Of a stretch of DNA of 64,000 bases, positions 26,396 to 39,100 are shown one piece after another. Source of the stretch: Azolla caroliniana (lineage: Eukaryota > Plantae > Polypodiophyta); the NCBI GenBank assembly GCA_043228905.1, contig JBHGNT010000013.1:7688001-7752000 (forward strand). The letters are read 5' to 3'. A program made the position numbers and the translations under genes. A model generated the notes under the pieces. That model worked only from the letters and a program-made list of their open reading frames with translations. It made no database searches and was not told the DNA's origin. The stretch's first letter is position 1. Every line of letters begins with the position of its first letter.

Positions 26396-26961
26396 TCCTT
26401 GGCAGCCTCTGCAGCAGCAAGTCGTCTTTTGAGGCCTAATACCCAGAGCTCTTCTCATCTGCAACCTTGCCTGGGTGGCCACCTCTATTTTCATCGCACA
26501 AATAGACTTTTAGGAGACGATTTTAGGGCTGTCATAGAGGGGCCCTAATAGGAAATGGTTGATGAAATGTACTGTTTCCTATTGTGGGTTTTGGCAAAGA
26601 TTAGGGTTTGTTGCGGTGGGTTTTAATAAGGATTGGAGTTTATGCAGAGAATCTGGGGGCTTGAGGAAGTGGGCTACAAGCATAAATAAAGATTTCAAGT
26701 AGAAATTAGAGTTTCCTTGTGATGTGGGTGATCATAGGGGATCTGCAAGCGAGAAAATGCAAAGAATCATCTTATATCATGCACCCTGCACACACATACA
26801 TGCAGACGTAGAGAGGGAGAGATAGAGATTAGTGATGGAGAGGGAGAGTGAGAAGCTTCTTCTCTTCAAAGAGAGTGACCCACACACACAAAGGGAGAAT
26901 GAGAGATTCATAAGGGAAAGGACTAGTGACCTCTTCTTAAGGGAGGTCGTCCGTTCGGGCG

Positions 26962-29900
26962 TTCGAAATAGATGTCATAGCAATCGCGGCAGAATATGCC
27001 ACGGCCACTGTTCCCCACGACGAGCCTTATGAACCAAACCCAGAGTCCATATTGGAACTCAGCAGAGCACGAGTGGCATTCGAAAGGGAAATGGAGATTT
27101 CACGACGAGTCACCGCTTCCGCTCTTGAAGAACTGAATGTGGGTACGGAATCGGAGCCTCGGTTCCTCTCCATCGCAAAGGAATTAAGGCCGGACCAGAG
27201 AATCACGATGATCACACTACTCACGGAATATAAAGATGTGTTCGCTTGGGCTCACGAGGACATGAAGGGGTTAGATCCCAAGTTCTATCAACATAAGATC
27301 AATTTAGCAACTGATGCGAAACCCGTCCAGCAGTGCCGCTATCGCATGAACCCCAATTACGCGACCCGAGTGAAAGAAGAAATTGACAAGCTCTTGAAGG
27401 CGGGGTTCATACGACTAATTAAACAAGCGACATGGCTAAGCTCGATAGTGGTCGTCCCAAAGAAAAATGGCAAAATACGGGCATGCGTAGATTACCGGAA
27501 ATTAAACGTCGTAACCATTACAGACGCATTTCCCTTACCCTTCACCGATAGCGTGCTGGCCGCCATTGCAGGCCATGAGATGTACAGTTTCTTAGATGGC
27601 TCCAATGGCTATAACCAGGTACGCATGCACCCCGAGGACCAAGAGAAGACGACGTTTGTCACGGACTAGGGAGTCTATGTGGCAGTGGTCATGATGTTCG
27701 GGCTAAAGACAACGCCGACAACATTTCAACGAACGATTACAGAGATCTTTGGGGAATACATTTCGGCGTTCATGCAAGTTTTTCTAGACAACTTTGCGGT
27801 ATATGTTGAAACAATAGACCATTTTATGCACTTACGATTGTGCCTGGAACATTGCCGCACCGCACGCTTAAGCCTGAATCCTGCGAAATGTGCCTTCGGC
27901 GTGACCAACGAGACTCTCCTAGGCCACATAGTCAGCAAAGAGGGAATAACGGTCGACCCAAACAAGATCTCCACGATTACGCAAGCCAAAACTCCGACAA
28001 ACGCCAAATCGCTTAGCCGGTTTTTAGGACAAATACGGTGGCATAGTCGGATGATACGGTATTTGGCGGACTTCGCCACGCCGCTACACGTTGCCGTACA
28101 TCGAACTCCTTTCCAATGGACTGCAACGGAGGATAAGGCCTATGAAGCACTTAAGATAATGCTCACACAGGCTCCCGTTGTACAACCACCAGTTTGGGTA
28201 AAGCCATTCCACGTGTTCGTCGACGCCTCAGACATAGCAATAGGAAGCGCACTAATGCAACTCACCGAACCAAACCGGTACATGCCAGTATACTACGCGA
28301 GTCGTAAATTGTCAACAGCTGAGCGTAACTATTCCACAACTGAGCGGGAGGCGCTAGGGATGATATATAACATCAATAAATTCCGACACTATTTATTAGG
28401 AAGGAAATTCACGTTCCACGTGGATCATTCGGCATTATTGTATTGGGTAGAGAAACAAGCCCTGACAGGGAAATTGGCGCGGTGGATGCTGCTGCTCCAG
28501 GAATTCGATTTCGTAATTCAGCACTGACCAGGAACGCAACACGCAGTGGCGGATTTTTTGTGCAGACTCGAGAATGGAGAAACAATACAGAAAGACGATG
28601 ACGATTTTCCGGACGCTGACATCTTGCGAGTAGCGACATTTGCAGAAAAAACGAAATCCACCTTTCCAGACCGATGGCTTATGGAAATGACGTACTTTTT
28701 AACTACAGGACTGTCTCCACCACAATTACGCACGGACGAGAAGAAACGACTAGCCGTCTGAAGCCGTCACTTCTGCCTCGTCGAAGGCATTTTATATCAT
28801 AAAGGAAGTGACTGCATTTGGCGACGTGGGGTCCCGTCAGGATGAGAAGGAAGCAGTTTTACGGGAGGCACACTGCGGCACGGCAGGCGGCCATTACGCG
28901 GGCGGCGTGACAGGCCGGAAAGTATGGCAGGCGGGCTTATGGTGGCCAACAACACAGAAGGACGCATCCGAGTATTGTAGAAAGTGTGATTTGTGTCAGC
29001 GAATGGGTTAGCCCGCGGAGGACGCAAGGATGCCACACCAGCCCGTATTACCGCTAGACCCCTTCCAAAAGTGGGGATTGGATTTTGTAGGGCCCTTCAC
29101 ACCAGGGGCGGCCCGTACGGGCAACAAATACATATTGGTAGCCACGGATTACTGCACCAAATGGGTAGAAGCAAAGGCACTACGTGAAAATACGGCGGCC
29201 GTCACAACCAAATTCCTTTACGAGCACATCTGGTGCCGGTTCGGCTGTCCGATTGAGCTCATCAGTGACCAGGGGAGTCACTTTCTCAATATGGTGGTTC
29301 GGGAACTAACACATCATTACGCCGTAGTCCACAAGAAGAGCACGCCATATTATCCACAGGCGAATGGATTAGCAGAATCCACGAACAAGACATTACAGAC
29401 CATTTTGAAGAAAACCTTCAATGAAAATAGAACGGACTAGGATACCAAACTACAGAGTGTGTTATGGGCGTACAAAACTAGTTACAAAACAAGCATACAG
29501 TCAACACCGTTCCGATTAGCGTTTGGACTGGAGGCTATGATGCCGATCGAATTTCAGCTATCGAGTTTGCGCATTCAGATACGGAACCGATTATCAGAAG
29601 CCAAGTCGGAGGAGGTACGGCTCTACCAGCTCCTCGAACTAGGGGAAAAATGCGTCCACAACATGGCTGTGTTGGAATAGGAACAACGACGGTGTAAAGC
29701 GTTTGTGGATCGACATCGGAACGCAAGGGAAAAGGAGTTCGCCGTGGGCCGAGCGGTGCTAGTTTTTCAAACACGCATGGGCCATATGCCGGGGAAGTTA
29801 CGTTTCCGTTGGACCGGCCCATACTGGATAATTGGAGCGGAACAAGGCACGTTCCAACTAGGAACGCTGGCTGGGGAAGAATTACGGCAAAAGGTGAATG

Positions 29901-29986
29901 AATTTCGGCTCAAACCTTACCTGGGCCCTACGCCACCTAACCCATTCACCCCCGAACAGGACAGAGTTGGGGAACCCGCAGCGTAA
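26962..29986 (+). pseudogene. Gypsy pol (RT, RNase H, integrase) with stops and a frameshift
   Basis: VPKKNGKIRACVDYRKLN, FLDN (YxDD site), [43 protein letters not shown]. Confidence 0.95.
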
Positions 29987-30135
29987 AATGGACAACCCCA
30001 TTTGTACTATAATGTAAAAATAGGTGGTAAATAACCATTAAAAAAAGAAAAAGAAAAAAAAGAAAAGAAGATAGTGACTATTAAAACGACTAAAGGCACG
30101 CACAAACTCCTAGTTCAAGAACACGCGGCACCACG

Positions 30136-33120
30136 ATGGCTCACTGCCCAATGAACCCTAAGCCCCAAAAAGAAGGAAACAGAAGATTTTTTGCACAAAG
30201 CAAAAACCCATCTTCTAGCTATCAGCGCTCCCATCACTCCTCCTCACCTTCTTCCCCATCCTATCTCAGAGCTCCAACTCACCACAACCAACCATCTCCT
30301 CCCCACGAACCTACTCTGGCGATGCCGATCTTCATCTCTACTGCCCTACGCCGATGGCTCGTGAAGAAACGCCTGGATGGGTACATCTGGGTCGCAGAAG
30401 CACCTCCGCACCCGGACGCCATGGACATCGCCAGGAGGCTTAACATCGAGACGGTCACCAACTCTTCCATCCGGAAGAAGTTGGACCTATCCTCACTAGG
30501 CGAAAGACATTTCGAAATACCTCCTGTAGAGGCGCTGCAACGGTATTTTGGGCCATATTCCTCCTCCGCCAAGGCCTATAGAACAAAACAAATTCCGGAT
30601 CCCTTCTTCCGTGAAGTTGCCAAGTTCCCGCTAGAAGTCGGATGCGTACATGTCAACGCATATGGGATGCCTAAGCAGAAAGCGGGCATCATCATTGATA
30701 CCTTTGAAGGGTGTGCCATCGACTGGGGAGTCATCACAGGGCCAGCGTTAAGGGAAGGCTTGCATGCGTACCAAGCAGGCAAAAAGCTCAGGCCGATCAT
30801 CCAACAATACCTTACGGTACTATTTCCACCCCGAGGCCTGCTAGCACCGCAACCCAGCCAACCCACGGCCCCGCCCCGATCCGTGAAACGCAGGTTAGCA
30901 GAGTTATCGGCCCCAGATTAGCCGGACACACGGACAACGCAGGAGGAATAGCCGAAACGCTCCAGTGAAGTAGCCCCAGAACCAGACACCGAAACACAAC
31001 GGGAAAGCCCCAAACCAAAACGGCGCAGATTGGAAAGGAAAGATGGGCGGGGGTTGGTAAAAAACACCCCCACGGCAACGGAGACACCAACCGAAGGCGA
31101 AGGCACCGCAGCAGCGGAACCGAATACCACCTTCGAAATCATCCGGGAGCCACGACCGATTATTACGACTCAGTCCCAACAAGGGAAAGCCGTATTGACG
31201 GCGGAAAGCGAGGTTTTGGCATATCCGGATATCCTGGATACGGCCCACGAGTTCAGCGCCCTCTTGCAGTTCGGTACTTCTTTTGAGCTCATGGAGTTCT
31301 TGGCAACACAACAGGTCAAAGCCGCCCAACGAATGGCCGAGGAGCATGCGGAACACCAGATGATCGAGCACACCCTAACACAAACAACGGAGAGCGACGA
31401 TGAGGACCGGATAGCCAAGGTCGGCAGACAGAGGAACGCCGGGGTACGGCGAGTGGGGATGGAGATACCGCCCTTAAACATGGCCCTAGTCGAAGTCCAT
31501 CGGGAACTGGCAAAGGTCAGCACGGGCGCCAAGGAGATGGCCATAAAAAATAAGAATGTCTGGAAGAAGGTTAAACTGATCAAAGCCGAACTGCAAAAAG
31601 CCAACACACGCAGCGCCGAGTTGGAAGCTCATGCGACTATGGCGCAACACGCAACCCCACCACCGAACCATGTCATCGACGCTCTAAAAGAAGAAATCGA
31701 GGCTCAGACCGCCATCGCCTCAAAAGCAAAAAGGGCTGTGCAGCTAGCAGAATCCGAAATTGACCGTCTTCGCGCAGAACTACGCCAATCCTCAGACAGA
31801 GAAAAGGAGATACAGGCTAACGGACGGAAGGCAGTAAAAACTCTTGAAGAAAAACTAGCTACGGAGGTAGCTCAACACATCCGGACAAAGGACGACAACG
31901 CACAATTACGAGAGGACGCGAAGAAATCGGAGGCGGCAATAGTAGGACTTCGGGCCTTGTTAGAAAAAAAGAAGGTATGGTTCGATGAGCAGTTGGTGGT
32001 CGAACAAGACAGAAGGCATCAGCTCGAAATCCGCCTAAACAATGAGATGGGGAAATTAGAAGAACAACATGCAAAGGAATCCCAGCTGTGGGCGGGCATG
32101 AAGACCACGTATGAGGAAGCGACAGCCGTTAAATAGCAAGAAATCACAAATCTCCAGAAGTCGATGGAAGACGCACGCAACCGTTGCCAGGCCATCACAG
32201 ATAACATGCGGATCCTTCTCCAAACAAATCGAGAGAGGTTCACAACACAATTCAAAACGGCGCTGGACAAAGGATGGATGGCGTGGGCAACCCAAGCAGC
32301 GGAATTGCACGCGTATCATGCGGACTGGGAGAACCGGCGTAAAGACGGTCGAGGTTTCTATAAACTAAATGAGGAGAGCATTGCGACCGTACGGGAGGAC
32401 CTAGCGCAAGACTATCGTGCGCTAGCAGACCAACACTCTGAAGAACTCGCACAACTCTTAGATGATTTTGGTGAAAGTCAGGAGGAGCTATTTCACCAGA
32501 TCACGCAGGCCGGCAACATGCGCACAAACGAGGAATCCAACGCGTCACCAATTCCGGCCCCAGCCGAAGAAGAGGAACCTCAGGCCCGATCACCAGAGAT
32601 GACAACGAGGGAGAATAGCGGGGGCCGACGAGCGGAGTTCCCCACAAAACCAGACAACAAAACCACTACCCAACAAGAGGTCCGGCCGCACGAGCCCACA
32701 CTATCATCAGACCACGCAGAGAACGGTGAGGACCAGGCGGAATCTCCGCCCCACTCCCAGGAATATACAAAAACGGCCAACACCACGGAGGACGTAACAA
32801 TGGAGGCAAAGTTGCAGCCGACTGCAAGCACGACAACGGTGGAGCCCAACCCACTAACTCAAGAAGAGCCTACCGTACCCGGACCACCCACACACGGCGA
32901 CGGGCCCTACATCACCTCCGGACGAGGACACCACAACAGAGCCGAACATCCGGGCCATTTTGGAAGAAGATTAAGGGATGGGTTCGACGTGCAAAGGCAC
33001 TGTCCCACCAGGCGTGCCAAAAGTGTTGATGGGTGGGGGGTGAAACCTAGAATGGCTTCATCCCCCTCCCAAGGGGGTTACGTTAGAGAGAAAGAGAGAA
33101 GTAAAGAAAATAGAGAATGA
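30136..33120 (+). pseudogene. Single accessory ORF downstream of integrase: globular N-terminal domain, long coiled coil, disordered tail
   Basis: ORFs 30136, 31030 and 32164 share one frame, broken only by three stops (30919, ~30966, 32134); homologues at 4230-5210 and 52049-52426. Confidence 0.8.
32979..33019 (-). promoter_or_regulatory. Inverted tRNA-Arg-type PBS module at the position of the PPT
   Basis: Minus TGGCACGCCTGGTGGGAC-A-GTGCCTTTGCAC-G-TCGAACCCA, 4 nt from the right LTR; no purine tract adjoins the LTR. Confidence 0.85.
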
Positions 33121-36100
33121 CACAAAATGAGAGGGGGAAAATTGTATATCTCATTACATGCCCCATGGGGGGTTTATATAATACATCCAATGTAACGGTT
33201 ACATGACCGTTATAAATAAGACCGTTACACATTCTTGTACACATGCACATAATTGTGCATGTGTCCATACACATACTCATCCTCAAACACTCATTTACTT
33301 TACACATACACATCAACCACATCATTACACATACCCTTATACCTCCCCGTATATTCTTATGGGTACAAGAGTCGCGCACCCGGAAACCATACCAAGAATC
33401 GGTAGGCAATCCGTCTCGATGATCACTTCTGTCCCGATCAGATAGTCCTTGTTGGCCTTGACTGCCGAAACGATACCCCACAGCTCGCGCTTGACTTGGG
33501 CGTATTCTCATTGTCGCTCGCTCAATACCTTCGCTCTGAACCGGATTGGGAACCGCGTGCCTCTCTCATCCTCCTAATTGACTACCCACCCTATCCTGGT
33601 CGGGCTCGTGTCTACGGTCACATAGATGGGGACTTCCTTGCCGTAGACTCTTTCCGGAGAGCCGGTGCCGCCGTAAGCGCCTCCTTCAGTCTCCGGACCG
33701 ACTCTGTGTGCCTCGGCTTCCACTCGAATTTACGCCCTTTCTTCAGCAATCCATAGAGTGGCTCCGCGACTTGGGCGTAGTGCGGGATGTAGATATGGTA
33801 GAATGCACATTCGCCCAAGAATCTCCGTACCTCCATAATCGACTTGCATTCTTCTTGCATTGCGGAGATAGCTTCCACCTTTGTTGGAGACGGTTTAGAA
33901 CCGTAAGGCCTGCACAAGTGACCGACCACTAGGATCTCCGATTGGCCAAACGCTGATTTCTCTCCGGAGAAGGTGAGTCGTGCGCCTTCTAGCCTTTGCA
34001 GCACCCTTTCGCAATCAACAATGTGGTTCAGCACGAACCTCTAGCATCCGTCCGGTCCAATCGTCTCGTCCTTGTCCTCCACCAGACATCCCTTTATTGG
34101 TATGTCGTCCAAAAATGGCATGGTGATGTCCGGGATGCCATCCCTCAGTACTTTATTCATCGCATTCACCATGTGCGCCACTGAGTTCGTACCTCCTTGC
34201 GGTAGGGTACACATCCGCACTAAGCCGAGAGGAGTCCACATCGTTGTGATATCTCTGCTCTCTACGGCTAGCTAGAACTCGTCGTACACCAAGTATAGAT
34301 CCCCGACCGAGTAGATCGAACTTCCGGCGAAGGCCTCCACAAATTCATCTATGGTCGGTCTGATACCTGCGTTACGGATGGTCACCTTATTGACCGGCTG
34401 CAGGTCCTGAATGAAGTGCAACGTGCCGTTTTTCTTTGGCACAATGAACCACCGATTCGAATATGGGGCGCTCAACGGCTTGAGGACGCCCATCTCCACT
34501 TTCTGCTTCAATAGCTCCATCAGCTTCGGGATGTGAGCTCTGGGTACTAGAATTGGCTTGAGATTCCACGACACATGCGGCACCGTGAATATCACCATTG
34601 GCTCTACCATCGTCGGGTCTACGCACCCGATCTCCTCCGGCAAGAATGCGAAGGCCTTTCCGTGCCTCCCGAGCATTCTCTGAAACCGGTCCTCCTCCGC
34701 CGGTAGTAGAAAGCCACCCCCACCGACCTTGAGCTCTCGTAGCGTTATGTCGAGAAACCGGTGTCCTATGCCGTCCGGATCTCGTAAACTCGGGTCCGAC
34801 GTGACCCCTTTCATCCGTAGCTTGCTGCCCTCCGGCAAGGGTACCGCGACTGGCCTCACCTTCCGGTCCACAGTCTTATACTTCGTATCCACGCAGGTCG
34901 TCCGATTTGACCTAATCCTCTCCTTGAAGTTCACCATGACTTCGTACATCTCTACCGAGCTAACTGGAATCGTCCGGCTTTCGCTAAGGCCTTCTTTGAC
35001 CACCCCGCATAGTTCCCCCAAGGTGTCATCGAAAGAGACCACCTCCACAACACCACTAATCTCTTCACCGGGGTGGAGAGCTCTGCACAACTTGAGCCGC
35101 TCGTCCACCCTCTTCTTCTCCCGACCATTGATGCCGGTTAATGTATAGCCTCCATTGTCGGAGAGCCAAAATTTCCTACCTACTATACATGTGTGGGGTT
35201 CCTCTAGACTATCGCGGCGCCACGCCTTGATAGCCCTTTCTAAAAATCCCCCCGGCTATTGCCGCAGAGGGTCTCGCGGTTACGCTCATGATTTGGTCGT
35301 ACGATCAGGAATTGGACGGACTGTCATCTGTCTTGAGTCTTTACGCGCGCGTACGCCGAACCGTTGTCAAGCACCTTTGTCTCCATGCGTGCCGCTGTGA
35401 TGTATGGTTCGCCGAGTATCACCTGGTGCGAGGATGTCTCCTGCACAAAGAAGAGTTGATCAATCTCGATGTCACCAATCTTCACGCGTACATTCGGGCA
35501 CGCTCCATGCAGTTCCTCCATGGCGCGTGTCGCCGCGCGTATCTTCCACCCATGCTTGGTGTTGATCGACCATTTCCCCTTTTTGTAAAAGTCCATGGAC
35601 ATTAGATTTATTTCGGACCCATGGTCTATCAACGCCACCACTGGCTCTTGCACGTCCCCGATCCGAACAGGGGTCTTCGTAGTGGCTCTGGCCCAATGTA
35701 ACTTCGAATAGTGGCTTTCCGCCAACTCGTCTTCCAGGGCCACATCCTCTAGGTGCGTAGTCCGCACCTCTACGAGTTTCTCCGGTTCCGGCTCCATGGA
35801 GAACCGTTTGCGCTTCACCAAGTCCATGATGGAGTCATGGAACTCCTTCTTGGCGATTCTGAGCACCTCCCTCAATGACAGCTCCACCTTGCTATCAAGG
35901 ATCCGTTCTTGGAGAACCTTCCACAGGTTCATTGTCCTTTCTATCTCGGTGCTTAGCCGGTAATCGGCCGGCTTGGCTTTGTCCGGCATGCCGGGATTGC
36001 CGACATCGCTCTTCTTCGGGCTGAACTGGGTCTACCTTTGCGAGGGACCTGCCCCTCCATCCTTCCCCACATGCTTGTCATCCACCAGAACCTCGTAGTT

Positions 36101-39100
36101 CTAGCATGCGGCTTCCACGAAGCCGGTCTTTTCCTCGATCGGGTCGTCCCATCCGGTGACCACCTGAAACCGCTGCTCCGCCCGCTCCATCTCTTTCTTC
36201 TTCAACGGAACCACGGAGAAGCCTTCTAGTACTAGCGACCAGAACCTAGCGTATTTCTCCTTTTGTCCCTCATTTCCCCCGACCCGGATACCTGTTGACG
36301 CCGCGTAATTAACGGCCTCCGCATGCCGCACCACGGCTTCTTCCATCAACCTCTTCATCCCGCCGCGCCCGATGTTCAACTCCAAGGCTTTCTGTGTTTC
36401 ACTCGTGTACACCCACCCGTCCTAGAGGTACACCACGTTGGTCCTCAGAGCCTCTGCGAAGTCCATGCACTCTTTCCGGATGTGACCGACCGCGTCACAC
36501 CACATGCATCGCTGCCCCGGTGGCGGCCTCTGGTTGCGAAGTGGCTCCCCGCTGTCTCTCCGGGCCTACGCAATCTGGAGGTCGCGCACCATTTGCGTTA
36601 GTTCTTCCAGAGTTGTTCCTCCGGAAGGACCCTTGACCACTCCGCTTGGGGCTAGGCCCGTCTCAACCCAACCCCAGCTATCTTCCTTCTGCGTCGGCGA
36701 AGGCTCATCGAGCCTTCTCGCTGGGACGGGCCTCGCTACCGACGACCCCTCACCACCCCACTCACGCTGTTTGTCAAAACGGCTACAGACTCTCTTCACC
36801 ACAGCCCAATCGGCCGTGAGCCCATCCTCCGTCTCCAACAGGAGACCCACCTGATCTCGATCCCGCGCGTCCACGGCTTTGACAAACAACAAGACGCAGC
36901 TTGTGTCCAGCACGGTCCTATCCAACACTGAGAGCCGTGTGAAGCGTTCTGCAAACTCTCGGAGAAGCGCGGATTAGTTTCTCCACTTTCCGGGAGTCTC
37001 CACCCAATCCATATTTTTCGAGGAGCCACCCTTCAAACTCTTCCCAGGTCCGACATCCAGCCTGTACCTCGAGCACCTCTGCATGGATGCCCGGTGTTGC
37101 CACCTGAGGGAATCTGGCTAATTTCCTGTCCTCTGGAATGTCCCTCATTACCATCTTGGCTCGATAGGCCTCCAAGTAGCTCGTAGCATCTTTTCCACCG
37201 AACCGGCCTATCGTGTCGACAATCGCTTCAATGGCCCTATCTAGGGCGCACGTGCCCTCGCGAGTGTTTACTATACGATCGACCGCTGCAGCCATGGCCT
37301 CAGCGAGCTCTGATCCTCTCATCTTCGACCCCTCTGCCGCCTTGTTTCACGTCGGGTTCACCAAATATATGTTGTGTTGTTCCGCTCACGCGGGAGAACC
37401 AAGGAGGGACCCCAGAGGCCCTGAACTGAGGAGCAAAATTGTGGCGAGGAAGAGAGATATGAACACATCGGCCGACTAGGCTTGTTCCCTGCCGAAGCAC
37501 CCACCCGTGGGACAAATCCCAGACGTATGCATCAACCAACCAAGGTTCACGCTTGCGGAAAGGGAAAATTGCAGAGACATGGAGACACAGAAATGACTCT
37601 AATGAATAAAGAAGATTACAAAGATCGCAAGATTACAACCGGTAGCCGGTATCTAACCCAAGAGAAAATAGAGAATGACTGTGGAGCCCCTGATGGAAGC
37701 GCATGGGCTTTCACGCGACAGAGGCGATTGCCACAGAGATCTGTAGATGACAACTAAAGATAGAAGGAGGAGAGAGAGCTTAGTTCCCGGACCGACATCA
37801 CTTCGTCCTCACCCCAAAATGTGATATCCTTTAGTCTTCTCCCCTTCCCTTATATAGGCAACCAGGGAGAGACCGTTACAGAGATTCGCACTAAATTCCT
37901 AGGTAATTAATGCGCACAACCTAGTATATATTTACATCAGTCGAATAAATCCTAAATGTGTACAAGTTAATAAATCATGTGCACACGTGTAAGAGCCAAT
38001 TCACGCGTATATCCCTTGGATTCCTTCTATGGCTGGTTTTCTCCACGACAATGGGGCTCGAGGGTGAGGTCACGATGAACATCTTGTAAGGTGTGCGCAC
38101 GCTTCTCGGCCGACGGAGTGATGGATATCTCCGGAATGGATATGTTGAACCGAGGGTGGAAACCGTAATTTGCAAAGAATGGAGAAACCTTAGTTGAGGC
38201 ATAGATATTGTTATTGTAGGCAAATTCCGCCAATGCAAGGAGGTCCACCCAATCGTCTTGTTTGTAGCTAATTGTACACCGGAGGTATTGTTCGAGGATT
38301 TGGTTGACTCTTTCGGTTTGGCCATCCGTTTGAGGGTGGTGCGCAGTTGACAAGTTCACAGAAGTCCTGAATGTCTGTAGAAGTCGGTGCCAAAAGTGGG
38401 AGATAAATTGGGGACCTCGATCATAAGTGACATTCTCAGGCAAACCGTGTAAGAGAACGACATTTTTAAGAAAAAGGGTAGTTGTCTCCTCCCCCGAAAT
38501 GGTTTTCGAACATGGGACAAAGTGAGCCATCTTCGAAAACCGATCGACGACCACTAGCACCGTGTCATGGTCACCGACTCAAGGAAGGTCGGTGATAAAG
38601 TCTATGGAGAGAGAAGCCCAAGGTCGACTGGGGATTGGAAGTGGGTGTAGAAGGTCGTATGGATGATGGTGAGCCGCTTTGGAGCGAGCACAAACGTCAC
38701 ATGTTTTGATAAATTCTTTGACCAATTTCCAAGGTTGAGGCCACCAAAACCCCCGAGAAAGCATTGCCAGCGTTTTGGCGACCCCAAAGTGTCAGACAAG
38801 AGGATCATCATGGCAAGTTTGTAGAACTTGGAGGCGACATGGGCCAGCTAGTACGTAAAGGAGGTGATTATGATAGATTAGCCCATCTTGAGTTGTAAAG
38901 TGACTAAGATCCAAGCTTTGCCTTTCCTGGAATGGGTTGTTGAGGCGCGCCATGATGTCAGTAGCGAAAGGGTTCGACGTGTTTGCTTGGGCAATCTCGT
39001 TGAGCAAGGAATCATCGTGCAACATATAGGTTGTGAACATTTGGAGTTGATCGGGCCGTAATAAACAATGTGATTGCTGAGAATAAGCGTCGTCACCTGG

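Larger units (their letters stand above)
23775..33368 (+). mobile_element. Ty3/Gypsy element 3 (non-chromovirus), 345-bp LTRs 23775-24119 and 33024-33368, gag-protease absent
   Basis: LTRs differ at about 8 positions by eye; TSD GAGTC at 23770-23774 and 33369-33373; RT-RNase H-INT and accessory ORF on plus. Confidence 0.95.
21514..38050 (-). mobile_element. Ty3/Gypsy element 2 (about 610-bp LTRs 37440-38050 and 21514-22114), nested in chromovirus 1
   Basis: LTR pair; gag 36100-37322, ALIDHGSEIN protease, LPQGGTNSV/FLDDIPIKG RT, RNase H, integrase 22254-23525; PPT GGCGGGGGTGGA 22115-22126; frame MVSGCAT|PDLAMLRW joins across the inner insertion. Confidence 0.92.

Noticed and set aside
30136-33120. 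Calling the accessory ORF a retroviral envelope
   Set aside because: No signal peptide, furin site or transmembrane segment is visible
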